64,000 bases of DNA from Desulfobacula sp. (GCA_020048635.1 JAIFMF010000116.1:1825-65824), one strand, 5' to 3'; counted from the first letter of the stretch, positions 1 through 9,816 are shown. The notes: generated by a model not told the origin, from the letters alone. Numbers and translations: made by a program.

Positions 1-4
1 CCTG

Positions 5-727
5 TTGATTCTTTTTCCGGCCATGGCAGCGATGGCCGAAGGTCCCATGGATCTTGAAAAAGCCACGGCCCTGCTGAAAGAATCCGATCTATCCCGTGGA
101 AACAGTTCCGGTCTTGAATGGGACATTGATATTGAGAGCCAATCCGAAGGAGAGAAAGAGGCAAACAGCCTGACCGTACTCGTAAAAGAAACCAATTGTC
201 TGGCCGTGTATCAATCTCCTTCTAATATAAAAGGAAGAAAGATTCTTATGAAAGACCGGAATATGTGGTTCATCAAACCCGGTCTTTCCAAACCGGTTCC
301 GATTTCTCCCCGGCAGAAACTTCTGGGCGGTGCATCCAACGGGGATATTGCCTCCACCAATTATGCCGGGGACTATACCATTGAAAATTTTTCAGAAGAC
401 GTCTTGAACAATGAGCCCTGCGTTCTGTATGATTTAAAGGCAAACACTAAAAACGTGACCTATGACCAGATCCGGTACTGGGTATCCAAAAAGACAAAAA
501 CAGGGCTCAAGGCTGAGTTTTTCACCCTGTCCGGGAAAATGTTCAAAACCGCCTTGTTTGAATATGACCACAAGATTTCTCTGAATGGTCAGGAGCGGCC
601 CTTTGTGTCCAAAATGACCATTGCCGGTGCAGTGTTAGAAACCGAAAAAACCATCATGGTCTACAGCAATATCAGGATCAAAGACATCAGTGCCTCAGCC
701 TTTAACCTGGAACTTCTGGTGAAATAA
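5..727 (+). CDS. Outer-membrane lipoprotein-sorting protein (LolA-like fold); true start may lie upstream of the window
   Basis: Family pattern KGRKILMKDRNMWFIKPGLSKPVPISPRQKLLGGASNGDIAS, later YDQIRYWVSK and AEFFTLSGKMFK. Confidence 0.75.
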   Translation: MILFPAMAAMAEGPMDLEKATALLKESDLSRGNSSGLEWDIDIESQSEGEKEANSLTVLVKETNCLAVYQSPSNIKGRKILMKDRNMWFIKPGLSKPVPISPRQKLLGGASNGDIASTNYAGDYTIENFSEDVLNNEPCVLYDLKANTKNVTYDQIRYWVSKKTKTGLKAEFFTLSGKMFKTALFEYDHKISLNGQERPFVSKMTIAGAVLETEKTIMVYSNIRIKDISASAFNLELLVK

Positions 728-733
728 AAGGGG

Positions 734-1957
734 ATGGACATCATGATATCCAACATAAGAATTCCGGCTCTTGTCTTTGTTATGCTGGCCCTCTTTTTTC
801 TCATGGCGCTTCCTCCGGCATTCGGCATGGAGGGACTGACCCTTGATGTCAAGGCTACGGCTCTTGTTGGGATCAACGGTCTCGCAGGCGACTCGGATCA
901 GAACCCTGGTAACAGGCTGGCCCTAATTTCCGATAAGGAATCCGTTCTGACTTTAAAACCGGATTTGTCGCTGGTCTATGAGGATTGGCACTTTTCTGCA
1001 AAGCCACGACTCGAGCTGTCCCTGAAAAATTATGATATCAACGGCGTGTCCGACGATGTTTATGATAGAAATGCCGATATCCCGGAATTTATGATACGTC
1101 GAAAATTGACGGAAAGCCTGTTTGTCTCCTATGGCTGGGAAAATCTGCAATGGGGACCCAGTTTTTTGTATTCCCCTTCCAATCCTTTTTTTAATGATAA
1201 CGGCAAAAAGAGTCTGGTCCAGGATCTCGACGGAAAAGGCATGTTAAAACTGGTGATGGTTCATGATTTTGCCTGGTCCACATCGCTGATTTATAACACG
1301 GACAAGGGCGCTTTTAATGAATCGGATTTCGAAAAAATCCTGGCCCTGAAGATCGACTATTCAGGAGATAACGGGTATGCCGCCTTGATCCTGTCCACTA
1401 CAGACCATGGGAAACCAAAGCTGGGGGCTTTTGCCGGCACCACCCTCACGGACGCCCTCATCATCTACGGGGAAGGGAGTCTTCAAAAAGGAACAAAGGC
1501 CTTGTATTCGTCTGCCGTCCCAGGGCCCCTGGCCTGGGATAGGACACCCCTGAAAAATAATGACGACCTTTCTGCCACCTTCCTTCTCGGGGCAACCTAT
1601 ACCCTGGAATCCGGAGACAGCCTCTGTCTTGAATACCTTTATTACGGGCAGGGATATGATTCTGACGAGAGTTCGGATTTCAATAGCCTTAACCATATGG
1701 CAAAGGATTTTCTTCGGCAGCATTATCTCATGCTGCAATACCTGAATGACGACATTATCAGCGGCATCGATCTTATATCAAGGGTTACGCTTTGCCTTGA
1801 TGACGGGTCCTCCCGGCTTTATTCGTCTTTGTCCCATGAGCTTACCGACCATATGGAAATCAAACTGGCAGGCATGCTCAACACCGGCGGGGCCGATGCC
1901 TCCTTTGGAACCTATCTCGATTACCAGGTCCAGATGGCCCTTGAATATACATATTGA
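734..1957 (+). CDS. Predicted exported outer-membrane beta-barrel protein of unknown function
   Basis: N-terminal signal peptide (LVFVMLALFFLMALPPAFG), WGPSFLYSPSNPF motif, alternating beta strands, aromatic C-terminus LEYTY; starts 6 bp after the LolA-like gene. Confidence 0.6.
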   Translation: MDIMISNIRIPALVFVMLALFFLMALPPAFGMEGLTLDVKATALVGINGLAGDSDQNPGNRLALISDKESVLTLKPDLSLVYEDWHFSAKPRLELSLKNYDINGVSDDVYDRNADIPEFMIRRKLTESLFVSYGWENLQWGPSFLYSPSNPFFNDNGKKSLVQDLDGKGMLKLVMVHDFAWSTSLIYNTDKGAFNESDFEKILALKIDYSGDNGYAALILSTTDHGKPKLGAFAGTTLTDALIIYGEGSLQKGTKALYSSAVPGPLAWDRTPLKNNDDLSATFLLGATYTLESGDSLCLEYLYYGQGYDSDESSDFNSLNHMAKDFLRQHYLMLQYLNDDIISGIDLISRVTLCLDDGSSRLYSSLSHELTDHMEIKLAGMLNTGGADASFGTYLDYQVQMALEYTY

Positions 1958-2025
1958 TTGAAAGATAATCCAAACCATGACAGGATATAGTCGATAAGAA
2001 AAAATTAAGATTTACGGAACAGTCA

Positions 2026-3099
2026 ATGAGCATCTATGAATACAGAAAATTTACGGTCTGGTATGTTTTAAAGGACGTCCTCTTTATTTCCCTTTGCAGC
2101 ACTATTATTGCTGTCGTTTTCATGCTGGTGACCTCTGCCGATATATCGCTGAAATCCTATTTTGAATATTTTCTCATTGCCCAGTGTATGGGACTTTCCA
2201 TTGGTCTTCCCTGCACTTTTGCCTTTCATTTTTTCAAGCCTGCCAAACCCTCTTCTCAGCTTATTCTGGTAACCCTGTGCGTTATTTTCGGCTCTCTTCT
2301 CGGTAGTTTTCTCGCAAGTCGGCTGGTACACCATAAGTTTGCAGGCTTTGAAGGTCAGATTCATCCGCAGATGATCTTTGTGGCCATCATCCTCGGCTTC
2401 ATCATCTCCTTTGGATTTGTCGTTTATGAAAAATACATTACTTTCAAGCTGTCAGCCAATGAAGAAAAGCTTAAACGCATATCCCTTGAAAAAGAAAAAC
2501 TCAATGCCGACTTAAAACTTCTTCAGGCACAGGTGGAACCCCATTTCCTCTTTAATACCCTTTCCAATATTTTGAGCCTTCTTGACCATGATGCCATGAC
2601 AGGCAAAAACATGCTGGAGAATCTCACCCAATACCTTCGCACCTCCCTGATCCAGTCGAGAAAACCTGCCAACCGCCTGGCCGATGAAATCGATATGATC
2701 CGGGCATATCTGGATATATATAAAATCCGGATGGGAAAGCGGCTTGCCTATGAAATCAATATCCCGGAAAATGTCCTGAACATTGAAATCCCCCCCATGA
2801 TCCTTCAGCCTTTGGTGGAAAACGCCATCAAACACGGGCTTGAGCCGAAAATCGAAGGCGGAAAAATTTCCATCAAGGCCTGCCGGAAAGAAGATATACT
2901 GATCCTGGAAATTGCCGATACCGGCATGGGAATAAAGGAAAAATCGGGCACCGGAGTCGGCACGGGAAATATCCAGAAGCGCCTTGCCTCCCTTTTCGGG
3001 GACAGGGCAAGCCTGAATTTTGAAGACATGACCCCGGCAGGTCTTAAAGCCATTGTGGAGATCCCCTGTGAAAGAGATCACAGCCATCATCGCGGATGA
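2026..3099 (+). CDS. LytS/YehU-family sensor histidine kinase
   Basis: About 4 N-terminal TM segments; His_kinase motif LKLLQAQVEPHFLFNTL; LQPLVENAIKHG; DTGMG; GVGTGNI. Confidence 0.92.
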   Translation: MSIYEYRKFTVWYVLKDVLFISLCSTIIAVVFMLVTSADISLKSYFEYFLIAQCMGLSIGLPCTFAFHFFKPAKPSSQLILVTLCVIFGSLLGSFLASRLVHHKFAGFEGQIHPQMIFVAIILGFIISFGFVVYEKYITFKLSANEEKLKRISLEKEKLNADLKLLQAQVEPHFLFNTLSNILSLLDHDAMTGKNMLENLTQYLRTSLIQSRKPANRLADEIDMIRAYLDIYKIRMGKRLAYEINIPENVLNIEIPPMILQPLVENAIKHGLEPKIEGGKISIKACRKEDILILEIADTGMGIKEKSGTGVGTGNIQKRLASLFGDRASLNFEDMTPAGLKAIVEIPCERDHSHHRG

Positions 3100-3835
3100 T
3101 GAAGCAGAACTCAGAAGACATCTGATTCGGTTGTTAAACCGGCTTTGGCCGGAGCTCATGATTGCCGGGGAATCTGAAAACGGCCCTGAAACCCTCGCGC
3201 TTTTTGATTCCCTGTCCCCGGATATTGTGTTTCTGGATATCAATATGCCGGGGCTTTCCGGCCTTGAGGTGGCAAAACAGATCTCCGGCCGCTGCACCCT
3301 TGTATTTATCACAGCCTATGATCAATATGCTGTTGAAGCCTTTGAAAGCGAAGCCCTGGATTATATTCTGAAACCCGTCCGGGAAGACAGGCTTGCCGCA
3401 AGTCTTGAACGGTGCAAAAGAAAATTTACAGAACCGATACCGGAAGCTCAGGATTTAGGCCCTTTGCTGAAGCTTCTTGAAAAAAAATTCGTCAAAGAAA
3501 GAACTTCGCCTTTTCTCCAGTGGATTCGCGCCCAGCACGGGGATAGCATCCGCCTGATTCCGGTGGAAGATGTTCTTGTCTTCAAAGCCGAAGACAAATA
3601 TACCCTTGTAATCACGGCGAAAAATGAATCTTTGATCCGAAAAACCATCAAGGAACTGGAAGATGAGCTGGACCCGGATAAATTCTGGAAAATTCACCGG
3701 GGCACCATTGTCAATGTCTCATCGATCTTAAACATCAGCAGATCCATGACCGGCCGCTATGTCATCCGCCTTGACGGCTATGAAGAACCCCTTCTCGTTT
3801 CCAGATCCTTTTCCCACCTGTTTAAACAAATGTGA
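3068..3835 (+). CDS. LytTR-family response regulator
   Basis: REC domain (IIADDE, VFLDINMPGLSG, DYILKP) plus LytTR domain (FWKIHRGTIVN); GTG start at 3068 overlaps the kinase 3' end. Confidence 0.93.
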   Translation: MKEITAIIADDEAELRRHLIRLLNRLWPELMIAGESENGPETLALFDSLSPDIVFLDINMPGLSGLEVAKQISGRCTLVFITAYDQYAVEAFESEALDYILKPVREDRLAASLERCKRKFTEPIPEAQDLGPLLKLLEKKFVKERTSPFLQWIRAQHGDSIRLIPVEDVLVFKAEDKYTLVITAKNESLIRKTIKELEDELDPDKFWKIHRGTIVNVSSILNISRSMTGRYVIRLDGYEEPLLVSRSFSHLFKQM

Positions 3836-3854
3836 TTTTTCAGTTCAAAAAGAT

Positions 3855-5828
3855 TCAAGGCATTGCAGATAATTTTTCCATGAGGACGGTGACGCCTTTG
3901 TTGAGCTTTCTTTTTTGTTCTTCCATATGTTCCGGCTTTCCAAAGCGCCACTGGTTGTGCTGTTTCAAAACAAGAAAAAGAGAGTCGGTCATCGCTTTAT
4001 CGTCCAGATGGTGGAAAATCCTTTTCAGCCATGAGGCATAGGTCTCATGCGGATAGCGCGGGAAACCTTTTTCGATCAGGATTTCTTCGATGCGGTAAAA
4101 GCCGGTTGGTTTTTCTTTTCTATTTTTCCCTTTTGCAGGTCGGTCCTGATCTCCTATCCTTTTGATCTGACCCGCCTTTTTAAGCCTTAAAACCAATATG
4201 AGGCCCAGAGGAAGGGTAAGCCAGAGCCCGTATGTCTCCATGAGTTTTGCCCCGGTTTCATGGCGGAGCTGGGACAGTTTAAACCCGAAAAAAGAAAGAA
4301 TATCTTCCAGGAGCGAGGTTGGAATTTTTTCCGAATCAAGATTCAGGGATGAAGACGGCGTGGTATCAAAATTACGCCATTGCCCATTCACAAATACCTT
4401 GGTCCAGGCATGGGCATCCCTCAGCCGGACAACCAGCCGACCCTCCAGAGGTGAATATTCATGGGCGATAAATCCTGTGGCATACCGGGCCGGTATCCCG
4501 GCCTGCCGGAGAAGAAGCACGGTTGCCGTGGCAAAAAATTCGCAATGCCCGGCCTTTGTGTTAACCAAAAAATTCTCTAAAGGCGTCTGGCTTTTGCCCT
4601 TGCCCTTGAGATCCAGGGAATAGGTAAATTCAGATGAAAAAAAAGTATGGATGGTTTTTAAAATTTCTTCTTCAGATTTGTTTTCAAGCCCGAGTTTTTG
4701 GGCTGTGGCCTCAAGGAAGGATCTTTCTTTTATCGGAATAAAAATGTCTTCCGGCTCGGGAAGGGCGTCATAAAAGGATGATCCGGTATGGGAGACAACT
4801 GCCTTGATGAGCGAAGGACCGTCTTCGATCCGGATGACCTGCAAGGCATTTTTCTCGCATCCGCCTGCTTTCATTTCAGAAATATCGATGACACCGGGCG
4901 GAAGGCTCAACACTGCCTTTCCTTTTTGAAGTCGAAAATACAGGGTCATTTTTTGGGAATTGTTCTTCGGAGGATTCACCTGCCAGAACGTGCCGTTCTG
5001 TTTTCCTTCGATCCTTTCAAATCCGTATTTTGCAAACCAGTTTGAAGATGCAAACCGGTTATACGTTGCGTTGTGAAGCAGATAGGGTTTCCCCGGCACA
5101 TAATCGTCAAAGGATACCCGAAGCACAATTTCATCTGAAAATTTCAGATCCCCGATTTCGCCAAGGGCTGTGTATGTTTTAAAGGGATCGATCATGTGGT
5201 AACGGCCATAATAGGACATGATCCGGTTGCTGATGCTCCTGCCGATTTTGCGGACAGTCGCCTGTCCTTCATACCCCAGGAGGATCACGATGAGCATGCA
5301 TAAACTCCACCCCACCAGAGGTACCCGTCTTGAACGAATCTGCCAGAGTCCCCAGACAAAAAATACCGCAACACTGAAAAAATACACATATCCCTTTGTG
5401 TTTGCAAAGGCCGACGACAGGATGCAGAAAAATGCGTAAATATAGGACACATCAATTTCTTTGGTTTCATAGAACCGCATCTCCACCTTTTTTCTGGCGA
5501 CAAGAAAAAAGGATTTGATATCCATTCTGCCTTTTACCGAGAATTCCTGGGCCGCAATAATGGGGAAAAAAATCAGGGGCAGCCATTTTAAAAGGATGAG
5601 ATTGGCTTTTTCCTTCTCCATGGTCAGGGCCACGACTATGGTTCCGGCCAGAAGCACCGTACTGATGTCCACAAATTTGTTAAAATCGGAGGGTTGCAGC
5701 TCAAACCGGGTTTTTACCCTGCGGGCCGATTCAAGGATAAGGGCAAGAACGAGGGCAATCCATAAAAGTTCGACCTGCCAGCCCCAGAAAAGGAGAACCA
5801 TGCCTAAGAAAAACCGTGGTGTTTTCAT
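3855..5828 (-). CDS. Membrane transglutaminase-like protein (DUF3488/TgpA type)
   Basis: Multiple N-terminal TMs; catalytic triad motifs GHCEFFATA, AHAW, FDTTP. Confidence 0.88.
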   Translation of the reverse strand: MKTPRFFLGMVLLFWGWQVELLWIALVLALILESARRVKTRFELQPSDFNKFVDISTVLLAGTIVVALTMEKEKANLILLKWLPLIFFPIIAAQEFSVKGRMDIKSFFLVARKKVEMRFYETKEIDVSYIYAFFCILSSAFANTKGYVYFFSVAVFFVWGLWQIRSRRVPLVGWSLCMLIVILLGYEGQATVRKIGRSISNRIMSYYGRYHMIDPFKTYTALGEIGDLKFSDEIVLRVSFDDYVPGKPYLLHNATYNRFASSNWFAKYGFERIEGKQNGTFWQVNPPKNNSQKMTLYFRLQKGKAVLSLPPGVIDISEMKAGGCEKNALQVIRIEDGPSLIKAVVSHTGSSFYDALPEPEDIFIPIKERSFLEATAQKLGLENKSEEEILKTIHTFFSSEFTYSLDLKGKGKSQTPLENFLVNTKAGHCEFFATATVLLLRQAGIPARYATGFIAHEYSPLEGRLVVRLRDAHAWTKVFVNGQWRNFDTTPSSSLNLDSEKIPTSLLEDILSFFGFKLSQLRHETGAKLMETYGLWLTLPLGLILVLRLKKAGQIKRIGDQDRPAKGKNRKEKPTGFYRIEEILIEKGFPRYPHETYASWLKRIFHHLDDKAMTDSLFLVLKQHNQWRFGKPEHMEEQKRKLNKGVTVLMEKLSAMP

Positions 5829-7183
5829 GCGGTTGAAATCTCCTCCAGGATTTTTCCGATCTGAACCACCCGAATCTTTTGATCAGAGTTCCGGGTTTTC
5901 GCGACTATATTTTCCTTGTTTGATGCATCTGCTGCAAGGACAATGATAAAGGCCGGCACAAGGGCCTCTTTGATCATCCGGGAGATTTCTTCATGCTCTT
6001 TTTCCCAGCCGGAAAAGATGCAGATGGCGCCGGATATTTTCTTAAGACCGGATTCAAGAGCGGCCTTCAGTTCCAGGATGGTTTTATCCTGACAGGGTTC
6101 CACACATGAAAGGATTTCGAGCATTTTTTCAGAACCGCCCAGTCCTCTGCCTGATGAAAAAGAATAAATTTTATGACCGGCAAACATCAGATCCAGGATG
6201 GCGTCACGGGGCTCTATGGCGGCAACATAGGATGCGGCAATACTCACGGCTTCTTCAAAGACGGCTTCTTTTTCCGGGGAACCAAAGGTGTCCAGGATCA
6301 AGGCATATCGAACAAAAAATTCATCCTCAAATTCCTTTATCACGAGTTCGCCGGTTCTGGCAAAGGTTCGCCAGTGAATATTGCGCATGGGATCACCGGG
6401 ACGATAATAGCGCAGGCTCATGAATTCATCTGAATTTCCAATGGAGGACGCAAGATTGACCCCACCCGGTTGGTATTGGCGTTTTGACTGTAAATCCGGC
6501 GGTTCAAGAGTATATCGCTTTGGCAGCACCAGAAGTTTTTCTGTCTTTTTGATATGAAAAAGTCGCATGAAAAGCCCCAGGGTATCGGGCCGGGCAAAGG
6601 TTACTCCTGTAAAATGGAGATATCCCCGGTAATTGGGAATAAAATCCGATGTCACCCGGATGGTTTCCCCAGGCAACAGATCCGGCAGTTTGATGGGCTT
6701 AAGGCTTGCTTTCCCGGCTTTCAGAATCAGCCAGGCCCACCTATAATACAGGATTTTCCTGTCCCAGGCATTTCTGATGTGCTCATAGGGTTCTTTTCTT
6801 GTCAAAAGGGTTTTTAAATCCGGTCTTGGATCAGCCATGTCCTCATAAAGGAGGATCCCTTTCTGGGGTTTCAGGGTAAGATTGGTGATTTCAACGGAAT
6901 ATGAAACCTTCTCCCCCACGGTTGCATATTCAGGAAGGAAATGCTTCACCCTCACCTTAAGCCGAAAGGGGTTGAGGCTTAGACCCGCAGAAACACAGAG
7001 GACGGAAAAACTGATGGTCATCATCTGGTACAGGGTGGTTTTAAACATATTCAGCCCGAAGATAAACGTCAGGGTAAAAATGACCATCATCAGGACTCCA
7101 GCCGGTGTAATATGCCGTTTCAGTTGAAACGAAACGGAATGGAAAAAAAAATAAGACCGGTGTAAAAACCTTGCCTTTGTCAT
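5825..7183 (-). CDS. DUF58 domain protein (MoxR partner, VWA-like)
   Basis: EFMSLRYYRPGDPMRNIHWRTFARTGELVIKEF, LILDTF, FEEAVSIAAS. Confidence 0.9.
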   Translation of the reverse strand: MTKARFLHRSYFFFHSVSFQLKRHITPAGVLMMVIFTLTFIFGLNMFKTTLYQMMTISFSVLCVSAGLSLNPFRLKVRVKHFLPEYATVGEKVSYSVEITNLTLKPQKGILLYEDMADPRPDLKTLLTRKEPYEHIRNAWDRKILYYRWAWLILKAGKASLKPIKLPDLLPGETIRVTSDFIPNYRGYLHFTGVTFARPDTLGLFMRLFHIKKTEKLLVLPKRYTLEPPDLQSKRQYQPGGVNLASSIGNSDEFMSLRYYRPGDPMRNIHWRTFARTGELVIKEFEDEFFVRYALILDTFGSPEKEAVFEEAVSIAASYVAAIEPRDAILDLMFAGHKIYSFSSGRGLGGSEKMLEILSCVEPCQDKTILELKAALESGLKKISGAICIFSGWEKEHEEISRMIKEALVPAFIIVLAADASNKENIVAKTRNSDQKIRVVQIGKILEEISTA

Positions 7184-7199
7184 GATTCACAACCCATTA

Positions 7200-8150
7200 T
7201 TATACAGGAACAGGGATGGATTTTAAAATTTCTTCCACAAGCGTCCGGGATGACACGCCGGAAAATTTCAGCCTTGGGTCTAAAATAAGCCTGTGGGCAA
7301 TGACATGGACCGCAATCTGTTGGATATGATCCGGGCCGACAAACTCCATTTTATCAAAAAGCGCCAGGGCCTGCGCCGTCTTCATCAGAGCAATGGAAGC
7401 CCTGGGGCTTGCGCCGAGAAGGACTCCCGGTTTTTCCCGTGTTGCCGTCACAAGGGCGACGATATAGTCTTTTAATTCCTTTGAGATAAAAACTTCCCCG
7501 GCCAATCGGCGAAGTTTCAGGCCTTCCTCCAGGGTCATGCAAGGCAGAACCGAGTGAATGGGATGGGTTTGGCTCTGTTCGGAAAGAACCAGGGCCTCGG
7601 TTTCCTTTGTTATATAACCGAGTTCAAGCTGCATGGCAAACCGGTCCATCTGGGATTCGGGCAGAGGATAGGTCCCCCTTGATTCAATGGGGTTTTGGGT
7701 GGCGATGACAAAAAAGAGGTCTTCGAGGTTCATCAGGTTGCCGTCAATACTCACCTGTCCCTCTGCCATGGCTTCCAGAAGAGCAGACTGGGTTCTGGGC
7801 GAGGCCCGGTTGATCTCATCGGCAAGAAGGATATGGGTAAACACCGGGCCTTTATGGAGCTTGAATTCTTTTTTTGCCGGATCAAAAATGGAAACCCCGA
7901 GGATATCGGAAGGCAACAGGTCCGGGGTAAACTGGATGCGTTTGAACTTTGCATCCATGCTTTTGGCAAGGGCTTTTGCAAGGGTGGTTTTTCCTGTCCC
8001 CGGATTGTCTTCCAGAAGGATATGCCCGCCACCGGCAAACCCGGCCAGGATATAGCGGATATTTTCCGTCTGACCTTTGATCACGGTTTCGATATTGTCG
8101 GATAATCTCATGAGCAGGTCATGGGCGAAAAGGATGTCTGATGTTTCCAT
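7200..8150 (-). CDS. MoxR-family AAA+ ATPase
   Basis: LLEDNPGTGKT, RIQFTPDLLPSD, LADEINRASPRTQSALLEAM, ATQNP, GASPRA. Confidence 0.95.
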   Translation of the reverse strand: METSDILFAHDLLMRLSDNIETVIKGQTENIRYILAGFAGGGHILLEDNPGTGKTTLAKALAKSMDAKFKRIQFTPDLLPSDILGVSIFDPAKKEFKLHKGPVFTHILLADEINRASPRTQSALLEAMAEGQVSIDGNLMNLEDLFFVIATQNPIESRGTYPLPESQMDRFAMQLELGYITKETEALVLSEQSQTHPIHSVLPCMTLEEGLKLRRLAGEVFISKELKDYIVALVTATREKPGVLLGASPRASIALMKTAQALALFDKMEFVGPDHIQQIAVHVIAHRLILDPRLKFSGVSSRTLVEEILKSIPVPV

Positions 8151-8475
8151 GTCGTTTCCTTTGAATTAGGGCAGTAGCGTGCAGTCATTTTTTGAGTACC
8201 ATATTTCAAAAACAATCGCAACCGTGGTGACATCAGGATTGCATTCACTATATCAAAGGGATACACTGAGTGTAACGTTTTGCTTCAGTTGCGTAAGTAT
8301 CTGTTATCGCATTGCAATCAATTAATTTTTGCAAATAAATTCCCATGCTCTGTGATATATTGTTACACTGTTCCGAGTTCCGATATTTGATTAAATTCTC
8401 TATTCAATCCAAAACAATAAAATATATACTGTATTTACGGATAGATATCATAGATATGGCTCCTTTCTCTTCTTC

Positions 8476-8491
8476 AGGCACAGCCATTGCA
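8476..8491 (+). promoter_or_regulatory. Putative sigma54 (-24/-12) promoter for the GcvH-like gene
   Basis: AGGCAC-AGCCA-TTGCA matches TGGCAC-N5-TTGCW (GG-N10-GC), about 64 bp upstream of ATG 8555. Confidence 0.65.
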
Positions 8492-8554
8492 AATAGGCTT
8501 ATTAAACAGAAAGTAAATCAGTTCTTAAACGATCGATAAAAAGGAGGGCTTAAA

Positions 8555-9463
8555 ATGAAAACCATGATTGAAAAGAAAGGAATACAGGGGTTTCAGATCA
8601 TTGAGGATGAATGTATCTGGATGAAGGCAGGGATTGTCAATCTTCACACCTGCAACAATGCGTACGATTGCTTTGACTGTAAGTTCGACAAGGCTATGAC
8701 CAAGGCCATGGGAAAAAAAGCGACGATAGAGTCGGCTTCAAACTGGTCCGCCTATTTTAAGAAAAAATATGATGGCGCATCAAGACCCTGCCGTCATGTA
8801 TTGACCGGACGAATCCGGCAACCCAAAATTTGTACCCACAACTATGAATGCCTGGACTGTGCGTTTGATCAGATGCTGGATGATATCGAAATGTCACAAA
8901 CCCAGTCAATGCCTGAATATGTCAATGTATCCGGATTTGATCTTGCCAAAGATTATTATTATCACGACGGGCATACCTGGGTCCGGATTGAAAATGGGGG
9001 AATGGCACGTGTCGGTTTTGATGCATTTATCATGAAGCTTTTTGGAAAGGCCTTTTTTCTTCCTGAATCCATGAACATCGGAAGTCATATGGAAAAAGGA
9101 GAGCCCGGCTGGGCGATTGCTCAGGATAAGCACAGCGCAAAGGTTTTATCACCTATTTCAGGAACGGTTCTTTCCGTCAACCAGAGAGTAAAAGACAATC
9201 CCGGCCTCATGCATGATGATCCTTATCAGGAGGGATGGCTGTTTATTGTTGAACCGGAAGCACCCCTAAAAAGTTTAAAAAAACTCAGATACGGTGATGC
9301 CGGTATCCGGTGGATGGAAAAAGAGAATTTAAAGCTCATGAATATGATGGGACCGGAATATGCAAATCTTGCCGCTACCGGTGGAGAACCTGTAAATGAC
9401 TTCTATGGATGCAACCCTGAAATAGGGTGGGATAAACTGGTTCATACCTTTCTTAGAACATAA
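8555..9463 (+). CDS. GcvH-like (lipoyl-carrier fold) protein with two N-terminal Cys-rich repeats
   Basis: C-terminal H-protein fold (YYHDGHTWVR, RVGFD, SPISGTVLSVN, DPYQEGWL); N-terminal CIWMKAG..C...YDCxxCxFD and CRH..C...YECxxCxFD. Confidence 0.85.
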   Translation: MKTMIEKKGIQGFQIIEDECIWMKAGIVNLHTCNNAYDCFDCKFDKAMTKAMGKKATIESASNWSAYFKKKYDGASRPCRHVLTGRIRQPKICTHNYECLDCAFDQMLDDIEMSQTQSMPEYVNVSGFDLAKDYYYHDGHTWVRIENGGMARVGFDAFIMKLFGKAFFLPESMNIGSHMEKGEPGWAIAQDKHSAKVLSPISGTVLSVNQRVKDNPGLMHDDPYQEGWLFIVEPEAPLKSLKKLRYGDAGIRWMEKENLKLMNMMGPEYANLAATGGEPVNDFYGCNPEIGWDKLVHTFLRT

Positions 9464-9525
9464 CCCGATATAATTTTCACACTCCATAAACGGAGGGGCC
9501 GTAATTCAATCTACAAAATATTGAT

Positions 9526-9816
9526 TTATGGCCTCACTGTTTTTTTCCTGATGCTGTATTTTATCTGATCCAGGCAGTATTTGCAGAACATTGCGGAAAT
9601 TGAGTCCAATTGTACAATATTTTTAAAGATCGGAATTCCCATTTTTTTAGCCTTTATCATACCCTCGGCTTCAAGGTTTATATCGCAGACACCCAGAATT
9701 TTCAAATCAAGATATGGAAAAAAAGTTGTTTCAAGAAGATCAAGAAAATATACACAAGCCCTGCCGCCTCCCACAATCCCAATATTCAATGGTTTTTTTT
9801 TATTTTTAGTCGCCAT
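9526..9816 (-). pseudogene. Short Rossmann-like ORF; probable truncated N-terminus of a larger deltaproteobacterial sensor/regulator
   Basis: IGIVGGG...ILGVCDIN.EAEG...AKKMGI is followed by a non-conserved-looking tail and a stop at 96 aa. Confidence 0.45.

Noticed and set aside
2512-3312. 266-aa minus-strand ORF
   Set aside because: Antisense shadow of the LytS/LytTR genes; no motifs.
8555-9463. Glycine cleavage system
   Set aside because: No gcvT, gcvP or gcvL; altered lipoyl motif and an extra Cys-rich region.
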